NCBI GenBank assembly: GCA_039798785.1 | Contig: JBDKFG010000002.1 | Coordinates: 60,853-124,852, forward strand | Source of the DNA: Verrucomicrobiota bacterium | GTDB lineage: Bacteria > Verrucomicrobiota > Lentisphaeria > Lentisphaerales > Lentisphaeraceae | Length of the DNA: 64,000 nucleotides | Direction of reading: 5' to 3' | Shown: piece after piece, positions 8,501 to 17,292 of the stretch | How positions within the stretch are numbered: the first letter of the stretch is position 1 | How the letters are laid out: each line of letters opens with the position of its first letter | The notes under the pieces: generated by a model | What the model saw: the letters and a program-made list of their open reading frames with translations, nothing else | The model's database searches: none | Told to the model about the DNA's origin: nothing | Position numbers and translations under genes: made by a program

Positions 8501-10008
8501 GCTCCGCCATCGACCAATGGCGGGACACGGTGCTGACCGCTCAGCATGTCAACGCCGAAGGGGAATTCGACCTCTCCTTCCAAGTGGCCAGAAGCTCGGA
8601 GAGTCTGACGGCAGGCAAGGCCGAAGGCTTCACCGATGGTTCTCTGCTGGTCCACTGGAGCGAGATCTTCAGCGATTCGAGAATCGAGATCCACGCTCGG
8701 ATCTTCAGTGCGGACGGCTCGGCCTTGAGCAACGAACTGACAATTGCCGGCGCCGCGGATGCCGCATTCATTCCCTTGGCGCAGGGACGCTTCCTGGTCA
8801 GCTCGGTCACAGATGCCACTCTGAAACTCTACCAGTCCAACGGCAGCTCTGCGGCTGTGACGGTCTCCGGCAGCTTCAGCACGCCTCAGATCACGGCCTT
8901 GGCAGATGGCGGCTTCATCCTCTCGGGACAGAGCCAGAGCAATGCGGCGATCTTCCAGTTCCAGCGCTATGACTCCCTCGGCGCAGTCAAGGGCAGCAAG
9001 ATCCAGCTGGTAGGTGACTCAGGTAAGATCGTCAACCTGAGCAGCGGCGGCTACGTCGTCCTGACTCAGATGCAGGATGACGAGCAGATGACCCACTACG
9101 AGCTGCATCGCTACAACGCCGCAGGCCAGGCGGTGGGCAGCAGCGTGGAATTGCTGCCGACACCCTATTCACCAGAAAATCCGGATGTCCTGGCAGATTC
9201 GCAGGGCGGTTTTGTCGCGGTGTACTCGGTGAACGATCACGGCATCTACGCCCAGCACTTCAGCGACTCCGAAGCCGGGCAGTCCTTCTATGTCGGCGGC
9301 GCGGACAACCACCAGCCTATCGCCATCAAGCTCGCTGATGGTGGCTTCGCCGCAGCCTGGAGAGAATCGGACAGCGATCTCAACGCCCACTATTTCGCTC
9401 AGCGTTTCGAAGCCGGTGGCCAGCTGCGCGGTGAGAAAATCAGCTTCGATACTCACGGTGAACTAATTGCACCTCACTTGAATGAGCTTGAGGATGGAAG
9501 CCTCTGCCTGTCGGGTCAAAGTGATTCGGTGCTGAGCCTCTTCCACGAGGTGGACGGCGGCGACATCGTCACCTGGCATGGCTTGTACGGAGCCGATCAT
9601 ATCAACGGCTCTGAGGCTGCTGACCACATCAGTCAGATCGGCAGTGGCGACGAGGTACAGGCGGGAGCCGGCAACGATCACTTCAGCTTGGCAGGAAGTG
9701 ATTTCGTCAAGATCGACGGCGGCGAAGGCATCGACACTCTGGTGCTCAGCGCAAGCTTGGATCTGACCTCTCTAGCCGACTCAAAACTCAAGAATCTCGA
9801 AGTCGTCGACTTGGGGAGTGGAGCCACGCTGAGCTTGACCGCCGCCGATGTCATCGCCATGACTGAGTCAGCTCATGCTCTTCGGGTGATCGGTAGCGGA
9901 AAGGTCGATCTCGACAGCGGCTGGACCGTAGAAGACCTGGGTGGCCTTGAGCGCTACACCAAAGATGGCGCCATGCTGCTGATCCAGCCTGAGATCCAAG
10001 TGATCTAA
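5584..10008 (+). CDS. Large secreted adhesin-like protein: cadherin-like/CSPG repeats, repeat-rich middle, RTX-like C-terminus
   Basis: Repeated F(S/T)LAD...G.I.F.HDG units; DADGLG.I.YTWK Ig-like repeats; ALADGGF repeats; C-terminal GADHING/GAGNDHF/GGEGIDTL Ca-binding nonapeptides; no N-terminal signal peptide; RBS GGAGA before ATG 5584. Confidence 0.85.
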   Translation: MSSLSLIVKPLSIVQGIAFKLSSALFTVGATDYTLSISVLGGSLYSNGSVVGASGSFSLADLKAGKITFLADGLSVPSFFFQAHASGFSDSTEVQPVLNYKAVNQAPVLSVPSLGSDAEILLKGGSLTITREMINATDAETPFAGNISFKIAKVTGGGFLLNGFAAKSFSLADIDASSVSFKHDGKLIAPAFTLTVSDSDGSASVAKSTSSSTVHFDGSHSAVAASTIPHEIAIKAPIALVEGATLKLSASNLPIVVSINVVPAANQGALVLRVEDSNHLTILVSGKSGPQESFTVAELKAGLVSIVHDGSQEAPSLNLSLLNGVTELDSLSVPFAFKTLNDAPTLSLNDLVFSQGPSLLLDRGLFNVADEETPDSLSGAFAFTIKSATGLEFHREGTQAPIKGFTLADVDNGLISVTRLVTQASDAAYSLSVADPAGKISGLANGTVVFNHLPTGTVSISGAGTTLREGQTLSANNSLADADGLGRISYTWKDQDGHVLGTGNTLTLTQAQVGGQVQVSASYVDGFGTAEAVNSAFSGTIQEAIVSPSGTLSVIGDAVLGNTLHARVSNLSDPAGLGTLLYTWKDQVGTLLGTGKNLYLGEDMAARQITASVSYVNGQGKMGSLSATSFTTSDSTMSSDEAKVLPLAESDRVSECVLADGTRILITSSPGAKQQGWLQVSLPNPDAFKAAVALPDGGFVLASRVSGKLQLQTYFEDGLVQGKPQLLSLAITDSQQIQLHHQANGDLIIDLWSSDSHGDYLSQSRLSDGKLSAVEGRIWPLQDGWVKIVTTDSIHFQAQIYHSDGSLGGTANLASEGSNYEVLPFADSGFLVKWDGSDSLMAQAFDAEGTATSAVFKTLYGVTQAAVLNDHSLVVIDGSNGTEIKVAEFAPDGSPRTHEVLRSENSGSLEFRSLVALPDGSYAIDYMDQGSSSQFKSKVFTPLSQHQDVVIGSEYQAGVAVPDPTGWMTLKIGSAIDQWRDTVLTAQHVNAEGEFDLSFQVARSSESLTAGKAEGFTDGSLLVHWSEIFSDSRIEIHARIFSADGSALSNELTIAGAADAAFIPLAQGRFLVSSVTDATLKLYQSNGSSAAVTVSGSFSTPQITALADGGFILSGQSQSNAAIFQFQRYDSLGAVKGSKIQLVGDSGKIVNLSSGGYVVLTQMQDDEQMTHYELHRYNAAGQAVGSSVELLPTPYSPENPDVLADSQGGFVAVYSVNDHGIYAQHFSDSEAGQSFYVGGADNHQPIAIKLADGGFAAAWRESDSDLNAHYFAQRFEAGGQLRGEKISFDTHGELIAPHLNELEDGSLCLSGQSDSVLSLFHEVDGGDIVTWHGLYGADHINGSEAADHISQIGSGDEVQAGAGNDHFSLAGSDFVKIDGGEGIDTLVLSASLDLTSLADSKLKNLEVVDLGSGATLSLTAADVIAMTESAHALRVIGSGKVDLDSGWTVEDLGGLERYTKDGAMLLIQPEIQVI

Positions 10009-10101
10009 GTTCAAATGCACTGCATGGGCTGGCCTTGTTGCCAGTCCATGTGGGGCAGCCTCACCAATTCCCCCCTGCCAACCCGTTCCAGGACAAGAGC
10101 C

Positions 10102-10410
10102 ATGAGCTTCCCATGCGATCGCTGCGGATTGTGTTGTCGGCGTCTCGCCGGCCATGCTTTGTACCAAGATTTGGACCGGGGGGATGGCGTGTGCCGCAAC
10201 TTCGACGAAGAGCTGAAAATCTGCCGGATCTATGAGTATCGCCCACTGTATTGCCGGATCGAGGAGAGCTACGAGCGGTACTTCCGCCATGCACTTGACC
10301 GTGAGACCTACATTTCGGTCAACATCGAGGCGTGCAACGCCCTCAAAACAGAAGCTGGATTGCCGCTTCTGATCATGTCGTCATCAACCTCAACAGAACT
10401 CCAGGAGTAA
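10102..10410 (+). CDS. YkgJ-family cysteine-cluster protein
   Basis: MSFPCDRCGLCC...GVC......C.IYEYRPLYCR matches the CxxCxxCC family pattern. Confidence 0.85.
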   Translation: MSFPCDRCGLCCRRLAGHALYQDLDRGDGVCRNFDEELKICRIYEYRPLYCRIEESYERYFRHALDRETYISVNIEACNALKTEAGLPLLIMSSSTSTELQE

Positions 10411-10413
10411 GCC

Positions 10414-10797
10414 ATGTTCCTCAAAGACCTCAATCCCCTCCAGCAAGGTGTTTTTCTGTCGCTGGCAGAGCAGGTTGCCAAAGCCGATGGCAAGCTTTGC
10501 TTCCTCGAAGCTGATCTCATCGTCCGATTGCAAGCCGAAATCCAACCGGGCATTTCCCCTGTCTGCGGCAGCAAGGCGCAAGCAGCTTACACCTGTAGCC
10601 GGAGCAAGCGCATCTGCCTCATGGAGCTGATCGGGATCGGCTATGCAGACGGCGTCTATGACGAGCAAGAGCGTGCGACTATCGCCTCGATTGCCCAGGA
10701 TCTGTGTGTCGACAAGCACGAGCTTCGCGAACTCGAATCGTGGGTCTCCCGCCAAATGGCGCTGATCTCCGAAGCCAAATCCATTCTGGAGGCTTGA
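10414..10797 (+). CDS. TerB-family protein
   Basis: Twofold ADG...E metal-binding helical motif (ADGKLCFLE, ADGVYDEQE). Confidence 0.75.
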   Translation: MFLKDLNPLQQGVFLSLAEQVAKADGKLCFLEADLIVRLQAEIQPGISPVCGSKAQAAYTCSRSKRICLMELIGIGYADGVYDEQERATIASIAQDLCVDKHELRELESWVSRQMALISEAKSILEA

Positions 10798-10802
10798 CTC
10801 CC

Positions 10803-11792
10803 ATGCCACTTCCCTTCCTCATAGCCGGGGCGGTCATCGCCGCTGGTATCGGCATCAAGAAAGGCCTTGACGCCAAAGAAGACTTCGATACAGCCGAAGC
10901 GATCAACCGCCGTGCTCAGCGCGATTTTGATGAGGCCCAGAAAAAGCTCCAGACCAAACGGCTGGAGGTCAATGAAAACCTTCAGCGCTTGGGGCGGACC
11001 AAGTTCGAAATCTACACCGTGACGATCCCCCGCTTTGTCGAGCTTTTTGAGAAGATCAAGAATGTCGAATTCAAGGATCTCTCGCTCAACGGCGAGGCAT
11101 TGCCTATGACCCGTTCTGAGCTGAAGGATCTCAAAGCGATCACTCTGGCGGGCAAAGAGCTGGCCGTGGGTGGCGTCACCGCGCTCGGTGCCGGTGGACT
11201 GGCCGGACTGGCTGCCTATGGCGGCGCCTTGACTCTCGCTACCGCATCGACGGGCACTGCCATTGGCACTCTTTCCGGGGTTGCGGCCACCAATGCGACC
11301 CTCGCCTGGTTTGGCGGCGGCTCCATAGCCGCCGGTGGCCTGGGCATGGCGGGCGGAATGGCTGTACTCGGTGGCATCGTCGCCGGCCCGGTGCTCGCCC
11401 TCGGCGGCTTCATCTTGTCCGCCAAGGCCAAAGCGGCGATTGATGACGCCCGAGCCAACAGAGCGCAAGCCGAACTGGCGGTGGAACAAATGAACTCTGC
11501 CTGGGCGGTCGCGGACTCCATTCAGATTCGGGTCAATGAGTTCCAGCGAGTCCTCAGCATTTTGGATGCCCAACTCACGGAAATGACCCGAGGCCTGACC
11601 AAACTGGTCACTCGCTCCAGCGACTACAAGACCTACAGCCAAGCCGAGCGGGAATCCGTGATGGCGATCGTCCTGACCGCCAAGCTGATCAAGGACCTGC
11701 TGTGTGTCCATGTCATCGACGAGGCAGGCGCCACGACCCAAGAGTCCGCCAAGGCTCTCGCCGATACCCGCAAAGCCCTCGCGCTTACTTAA
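10803..11792 (+). CDS. Coiled-coil protein with central Gly/Ala-rich hydrophobic hairpin (glycine-zipper-like)
   Basis: N-terminal hydrophobic MPLPFLIAGAVIAAG, a coiled coil, a ~90-aa Gly/Ala segment (ASTGTAIGTLSGVAATNATLAWFGGG), then a second coiled coil. Confidence 0.85.
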   Translation: MPLPFLIAGAVIAAGIGIKKGLDAKEDFDTAEAINRRAQRDFDEAQKKLQTKRLEVNENLQRLGRTKFEIYTVTIPRFVELFEKIKNVEFKDLSLNGEALPMTRSELKDLKAITLAGKELAVGGVTALGAGGLAGLAAYGGALTLATASTGTAIGTLSGVAATNATLAWFGGGSIAAGGLGMAGGMAVLGGIVAGPVLALGGFILSAKAKAAIDDARANRAQAELAVEQMNSAWAVADSIQIRVNEFQRVLSILDAQLTEMTRGLTKLVTRSSDYKTYSQAERESVMAIVLTAKLIKDLLCVHVIDEAGATTQESAKALADTRKALALT

Positions 11793-11805
11793 GGACTACA
11801 CCCCC

Positions 11806-13242
11806 ATGAATCCACATTCACATCTGAGAGATGTACTCGCGTCCAGTCTGGCAGACCAACGAACGCAAGCGCTGACACAAGCCGCCCAATCCGTTCTTGA
11901 AGACGCCGAGCTGCTTCGCGAAATCGGCAAATGCTACGCCAAGGTGGATGTGGATTTAACCCAAGGGCGATTCTTCGAGGTCATCGAAGTTCTCAAATTC
12001 AATCGTGAGGCCGCCAGCCAACAAGTCGCGGAACAGGCCTTCACGACGGCTTCGCTTGGGCAACCCACGGCCCCGGCAGACATTCTCATCAAGAGCGCCA
12101 AGACCGGCGAAGTGCTGAAGGAGGTGCAGGCAAAATCCTACGGATCAGCCGCAGAATCCGTCAATGCCTTGCGTGCCCAGAAATATCAGGGCATGGATCT
12201 CCTGGCCCCTCAAGACCAGATCGACAAAGCGAAAGTTCTGGTGGGTAAACGAGCCAACAGCGGCAGCATAAATGCTCCGCAGTATCAGGACATGGACAAG
12301 CGGCTGACTGGCGAGCTTAAAAGTGATCAGGTCGCTTCAGGAGGGACGACCAGGTCGGAAGCCGATTGGGCCGCAGAACACCCCAAACTTGCGGCTTTGA
12401 AATTCGAGCTTGCTGCCATCGGCAAAGAGTGCGCCGTTGCCGGAATACAGGCAGGAGCCAGTAGCGCCGTGATCAGCGGCGGCTTCTCCGCTATGCACAA
12501 TAGCTTTGCCTTGCTCAAGGGGGAGAAGGATCTTGGGGCGGCCTTGTCGGACACCGCAACCCTGAGCGGCAAGGCCTTTGCGACTGGATTTTCTACAGGG
12601 GCCATGACCAAGGTAGTCGGCCACACGGCACGCGCCGCACTTCCCGCAGGAGCGGCCCATGGGCTTCTCAAAACCAATGCTCCCGCCGCGATTGCCGCCG
12701 GCGTGGTGCAGTGCAGCATTGCGCTCGGCAAATACATAAAGGGCGATATCGAGTCAGAGCAATTGCTGGAAGAGGTCACATCCACCGCAGTCAACGGCAG
12801 CTTTATGTTTTACTACGGAGCACTCGGCACGGCACTCATCCCGATCCCGGTCCTCGGCACCCTCGTAGGCTCTCTCGCAGGCTATTTCATCTCGAATCTC
12901 TTCCTGCAGTCGGGCTTGGTTTCTCTGGGGCAATCACAAGTTGAGAAAGCGGCCGCAGAACGACGCCGGCAGATCGAGGAATTCTGCCACGCAACGATCC
13001 TTCGCATGCGCGAGGAAAGACTCCAGTTCGAATCTCTTGTCGCCGAACATTGCGCGGAACGCAAGGTGTTGTTCGATCAGATATTTGACGGCATGGAGTC
13101 AGCCATTCACTCCAACGAGCCCATGGCTTTTGTCAGTGGCCTCCAGGGAATTGCGGACGCCTTTAGCCAGCACCTGCCCTTCAAGACGTTCGAAGAATTC
13201 GACGGTTTCATGCAAGACGACTCGCTGGCTCTTAAACTTTAA
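11806..13242 (+). CDS. Membrane/coiled-coil protein with possible N-terminal PD-(D/E)XK-like (D...QxK) domain
   Basis: PADILI...EVQAKSY motif, Gly/Ala-rich helices, a hydrophobic hairpin IPIPVLGTLVGSLAG, and a C-terminal coiled coil. Confidence 0.8.
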   Translation: MNPHSHLRDVLASSLADQRTQALTQAAQSVLEDAELLREIGKCYAKVDVDLTQGRFFEVIEVLKFNREAASQQVAEQAFTTASLGQPTAPADILIKSAKTGEVLKEVQAKSYGSAAESVNALRAQKYQGMDLLAPQDQIDKAKVLVGKRANSGSINAPQYQDMDKRLTGELKSDQVASGGTTRSEADWAAEHPKLAALKFELAAIGKECAVAGIQAGASSAVISGGFSAMHNSFALLKGEKDLGAALSDTATLSGKAFATGFSTGAMTKVVGHTARAALPAGAAHGLLKTNAPAAIAAGVVQCSIALGKYIKGDIESEQLLEEVTSTAVNGSFMFYYGALGTALIPIPVLGTLVGSLAGYFISNLFLQSGLVSLGQSQVEKAAAERRRQIEEFCHATILRMREERLQFESLVAEHCAERKVLFDQIFDGMESAIHSNEPMAFVSGLQGIADAFSQHLPFKTFEEFDGFMQDDSLALKL

Positions 13243-13269
13243 ACCACAACGAACTCTCCGGAGATCACC

Positions 13270-14769
13270 ATGAACAGCAAATTCCTTGGCATTGACCTCG
13301 GCACCACCAATTCCTGCATGGCCATCATGCTGCATGGCCGGGCGGAAGTCATCCCGAACGCCGAAGGCCATCGCAGCACTCCCTCCATCGTCGCCTTCAC
13401 TGAATCTGGCGTGGAGCTCGTCGGCCAAGCTGCCCAGCGCCAAGCAGTCACCAACCCGCAAAACACCATCCATTCGGTGAAGCGCTTCTTGGGGCGCAAG
13501 TACGATGAGTTTAAGCACGAACTCCATTTCCTCCCCTACAAGCTTGTCAAAGCCGCCAACGGTGACGCGCATATCGAAGTCAAGGGGCAGGTCTTCTCTC
13601 CCATGGAGATCTCCGCCAAGATACTGAAGAAACTGAAGCTGGACGCTGAAGCCCACATCGGAGAAATCATCTCCAAGGTCGTGATCGCGGTTCCTGCGCA
13701 CTTCGATTACGCCCAACGCCAGGCCACCAAGGCAGCCGGGCGCGTTGCCGGTTTCGAGACCACGTGCATCGTGAGTTCTCCAGTCGCTGCGGCAATCGCC
13801 TATGGACTCGACAAGAAGAAGGACGAAAAGATCTGTGTCTACGACTTAGGCGGAGGCTCCTTCAATGTCGCCGTCCTCGAACTTGGCGACGGGGTCTACG
13901 AAGTGAAGGCGACCAGCGGTGACACCTACCTTGGCGGCGATGATTTGGACGGCGCGATTGTCCACAGGCTGATTGTTGATTTCAAGAGCGAAACTGGCAT
14001 CGATCTCAAGCAAAACGCCTGTGCCTTGCAGCGGCTGAAAGAAGCTGCCGAGAAGGCCAAATGCGAGCTCTCCCTTGCTTCCTCCACGGAGATCAACCTG
14101 CCCTTCATCGCAGCCGACTCATCAGGCCCCAAGCACCTCACTCAGACACTCACCCGAGCCAAGCTTGACGAGCTTGGCGGTATCTTGATCGAGCGCACTA
14201 TCTTCCCGGTAAAGCAATGCCTCAAGGACGCTGGTCTCAGCTCAGACGAACTCGATGCGGTTCTCATGATCGGCGGCATGAGTCGCATGCCCAAGGCCAT
14301 TGAGGCCGCCAAGTCACTCACCGGCAACAAGCCGCATGGCGGCGTCAACCCAGATGAAATCGTCGCCATTGGAGCTGCCATCCAAGGCGGCATTTTCAAA
14401 GGCGAAGTCACCGATGTCCTATTCCTGGATGTGCTCCCGATCTCCATCGGCGTCGAAACCCAGGGTGGCGTCTTCACCAAGATGATCGAGCGCAACACAA
14501 CTATTCCCACCAATAAAACTGAGGTCTGTTCTTTCCCTGTCAACGAGCAGAATGAAGTCGTCATCGACGTGTTCCAGGGTGAAAGAGCGTTGACGGCCAA
14601 CAACACAAATCTCGGAACACTGCGCTTGAAACGGGGCATGCCATCCGCCTTCGAAGGAGCACCGACAAGCGTCAAAATTGAAGTGACGATGGACATTGAT
14701 GCCCATCAAACCATCTATGTGACCGCCAAAGATCCACGTTCCGGGCAGGAACAGCGAATCATCATTTAG
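13270..14769 (+). CDS. dnaK: Hsp70/DnaK paralogue, C-terminally truncated with altered catalytic motifs
   Basis: GIDLGTTNSC, TPSIVAF, LGGDDLD, EKAKCELS, VNPDEIVAIGAAIQG and linker DVLFLDV are present. At 499 aa it lacks the helical lid. Confidence 0.9.
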   Translation: MNSKFLGIDLGTTNSCMAIMLHGRAEVIPNAEGHRSTPSIVAFTESGVELVGQAAQRQAVTNPQNTIHSVKRFLGRKYDEFKHELHFLPYKLVKAANGDAHIEVKGQVFSPMEISAKILKKLKLDAEAHIGEIISKVVIAVPAHFDYAQRQATKAAGRVAGFETTCIVSSPVAAAIAYGLDKKKDEKICVYDLGGGSFNVAVLELGDGVYEVKATSGDTYLGGDDLDGAIVHRLIVDFKSETGIDLKQNACALQRLKEAAEKAKCELSLASSTEINLPFIAADSSGPKHLTQTLTRAKLDELGGILIERTIFPVKQCLKDAGLSSDELDAVLMIGGMSRMPKAIEAAKSLTGNKPHGGVNPDEIVAIGAAIQGGIFKGEVTDVLFLDVLPISIGVETQGGVFTKMIERNTTIPTNKTEVCSFPVNEQNEVVIDVFQGERALTANNTNLGTLRLKRGMPSAFEGAPTSVKIEVTMDIDAHQTIYVTAKDPRSGQEQRIII

Positions 14770-14785
14770 TTGAGCCAGTTGAGCC

Positions 14786-14971
14786 ATGCCCATCCCCCGC
14801 AATCTCCGCTTCTTCCGCCTTTCCTGTCCGTCCTGCGGCTGGGAAGGAGAGGAAGTGCGGCGGAGCTGGCCTTGGAGCCCTGTTTCCGACTGGCTGCGGC
14901 GTAGATGGGGCCGATCCTGCCCTTGCTGCGGCAAAAAACTGAGCGTGTACAGGCAGGAAGTGAGGTTCTGA
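14786..14971 (+). CDS. Small Zn-finger protein
   Basis: 61 aa with CPSC...CPCC. Confidence 0.45.
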   Translation: MPIPRNLRFFRLSCPSCGWEGEEVRRSWPWSPVSDWLRRRWGRSCPCCGKKLSVYRQEVRF

Positions 14972-15103
14972 GGACCTGTACAGGGCTCAAGATGTAGATC
15001 ATCGGGCTTCACGCCTATATCCCCCTGATGAAGTACCTGGTTATTCCCGTGATTCACGAGAGTCCGGGGAAAGAGAGAGAACCAGTCATCAGAGGAGGAT
15101 ATC

Positions 15104-15442
15104 ATGAGCACGAAATCGGAAGACTTCGCCTTCTGGAAGAGTCAGCCGCGAGAGGTGGTCTGCCCGCGCTGCCAGAAGACCATGCAGTTGACCTGCAAGT
15201 GGCGACAACGAGGAGCTGTCGCCGGAGCCATCGGCGGCGCAGCCATGGCCTATTCCGGTGCCCGAGCTGGCGCCAGCATCGGCTCCTGCCTCCTGCCGGG
15301 CCTGGGAACCATCGTCGGCATGGCCACCGGAGCGCTTGTCGGCGGGCTCACGGGAGCCAGCATCGGTGAGGCGATAGACCGCGACTTCATCGCCAGCTAC
15401 AAATGCCTCGCCTGCGGCTGCACCTGCCGTCTAAACGACTGA
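15104..15442 (+). CDS. Glycine-zipper protein flanked by CxxC pairs
   Basis: CPRC...GAVAGAIGG...GLGTIVG...CLAC; strong AGGAGG RBS. Confidence 0.75.
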   Translation: MSTKSEDFAFWKSQPREVVCPRCQKTMQLTCKWRQRGAVAGAIGGAAMAYSGARAGASIGSCLLPGLGTIVGMATGALVGGLTGASIGEAIDRDFIASYKCLACGCTCRLND

Positions 15443-15523
15443 ACCCCATCCAGCTCCATGCCAGCCTCGTTCCCTCGCGGGAACGGGGCTGTTTCATGCC
15501 GTTTTCAAGCAAGGAGATCCCGC

Positions 15524-15751
15524 ATGTCCGCCATCCACGCCTTGATCGTCGTCGTCGAGGTCTCCGACGCCCGCAACCAGCGATCCCAAGAGACCATCGT
15601 CTTCCGCCGCCGTGGCGAGCAGCAGATCGTGCCCTGGAACTCCATCCGCCGCCGCCTCAAACGGCGCTGCCCAGAGAAACTCCTGTGCCGACTCATCACG
15701 AGCTATCCCTCGTGGATCTCGCCCCGCAACAAAGCCGTCTTCACCACCTGA
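15524..15751 (+). CDS. Small hypothetical protein
   Basis: AAGGAG RBS; codon style matches neighbours. Confidence 0.5.
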   Translation: MSAIHALIVVVEVSDARNQRSQETIVFRRRGEQQIVPWNSIRRRLKRRCPEKLLCRLITSYPSWISPRNKAVFTT

Positions 15752-15789
15752 TCTCACCAAAACCCAACCCCAAACAGGAGTCATCCGCC

Positions 15790-17292
15790 ATGAAAATCGA
15801 CCACAAAACCGCTTTGCTTCTCAAGGTAGCCTTCGCCAAGGTGATCCAGCCGCTCAAGCTGCCGATTTTCGGCAAGTTGGAATGCGGCTTCGGCCCGCAA
15901 GGCGTTCGCATCCGTGCCTGCAACATGGATGAATCGCTGAGCTTCTTCCATCCAGTCCCCGAAGCTGAGGAGGCCCAGTTCCTCATCGCCTATCAGCAGC
16001 TGCGCAGCTTCATCGAAACTCTCGGTCGCAACGAAGGTCTGGAGATCTGTGTCGCCGCCGAGGCCATCGAGCTGAACCGCGTCCTTGCCGATGGTCGCAG
16101 CATCGCCTTCGGTCGCCTTGCCAAGGAACCGGGAGAGCTACCGAATCGCGGCGAAGAGATCGCAGTCAAGGACTGTCCTATTGGCGAGATCCTGAAGGGC
16201 TACCAGGCCTGCGCTTTTGCCTGCGTGGACGATGCTTCTGGAGGACGACCGACACTTGGCGGCGTTTTCCTCGATGCCGTGAGAAAGTCAATTGTCGCCG
16301 CCGATGGCCATCACCTGATGATCCAAAGCTGTCCGGATCTGCCGAGCTTCTGCGAAGAGAATCTGGTGCTGCCTCTGACCCGTTCTCTGCTCAGTTCGTT
16401 TATGACCGAAGCCCAAGGTGGGATGGGTGTGAACGGTTACTGGGTCCGCGTCGTCAGTGGCCCTTGGGACTACCGTTGCAAACGCATCGAAGGTCAGTTC
16501 CCCACCTACCACAGGGTCATCCCTGCCGGCTTCAAACATCGGCTGGAATTGGGCCTGCATCAAGAGAATCTTGACCGCGCCTTGCGGGAGCTCTTCGCCC
16601 TGCATCCGAAGGAAGAGACGGTCTATCTGGCCTTGCATCACGGACACCTCTTTCTCCTCGCCGGAGGCAAAGAGATCCGCTACCGCGAAATCGCTCTGCT
16701 GCCCAAGTTAGCTGAGATGAATCTGATCTTCGCATTCAATCGCCACTATTTGGCCAACAGCCTCAAAGCCTGTCCGAGCTTGGTCTTTTGCTGCGATGAT
16801 TCCAGCACCTCGCCGGTGCAATTCGAATCCGTCCAAGAAGGCCGCCGCTACCTGCTGGCGCCGATGCACGGCGACCACAAGGCGCTGATCGCCTTCCTGA
16901 ACGAGAAGCTGCCTGCCTCAACTGAAGTCCCCCAGCCACTCCAATCACCCGCCATCCCCACAACCCAACAGTCTGAGGAGAAAGCCATGAGCACCACGAA
17001 AGAACCCGAAATCCCCGTTGTCAGCGTCACTGCCAACCCCGAGGAAGCCCCCGCCAACGAAGTCCAGAAGGAAGGCCTTGAGGCCATCTACGACAAGATC
17101 GAAAAGCTGATCGAGAAGCAGCAGGAGGCCCGCAAAGGACTCGTGGAAGCGCATCGCGCCGTACACTCGACCCAGTTCCAGCTCAAGCTGCTGATCAAAG
17201 ACCTGAAGGCCTACGAGCGCGGCCAGAACCGCCGACTCAAGGAAGTCCGCAAGGTCGAAGAGCTGCTCTCCAGCCTGCACAAAGCCGCATGA
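15790..17292 (+). CDS. dnaN: DNA polymerase III beta-clamp-like protein with C-terminal coiled-coil extension
   Basis: RPTLGGVFL...IVAADGHHL, RIEGQFPTYHRVIP, AFNRHYL and YLLAPM match sliding-clamp motifs; CAGGAG RBS before ATG 15790. Confidence 0.7.
   Translation: MKIDHKTALLLKVAFAKVIQPLKLPIFGKLECGFGPQGVRIRACNMDESLSFFHPVPEAEEAQFLIAYQQLRSFIETLGRNEGLEICVAAEAIELNRVLADGRSIAFGRLAKEPGELPNRGEEIAVKDCPIGEILKGYQACAFACVDDASGGRPTLGGVFLDAVRKSIVAADGHHLMIQSCPDLPSFCEENLVLPLTRSLLSSFMTEAQGGMGVNGYWVRVVSGPWDYRCKRIEGQFPTYHRVIPAGFKHRLELGLHQENLDRALRELFALHPKEETVYLALHHGHLFLLAGGKEIRYREIALLPKLAEMNLIFAFNRHYLANSLKACPSLVFCCDDSSTSPVQFESVQEGRRYLLAPMHGDHKALIAFLNEKLPASTEVPQPLQSPAIPTTQQSEEKAMSTTKEPEIPVVSVTANPEEAPANEVQKEGLEAIYDKIEKLIEKQQEARKGLVEAHRAVHSTQFQLKLLIKDLKAYERGQNRRLKEVRKVEELLSSLHKAA

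Noticed and set aside
15025..15072. CTGATGA...GAAA resembling a hammerhead ribozyme core
   Set aside because: Stem II cannot close next to the core, and CTGATGA pairs better with TCATCAG in the long hairpin.
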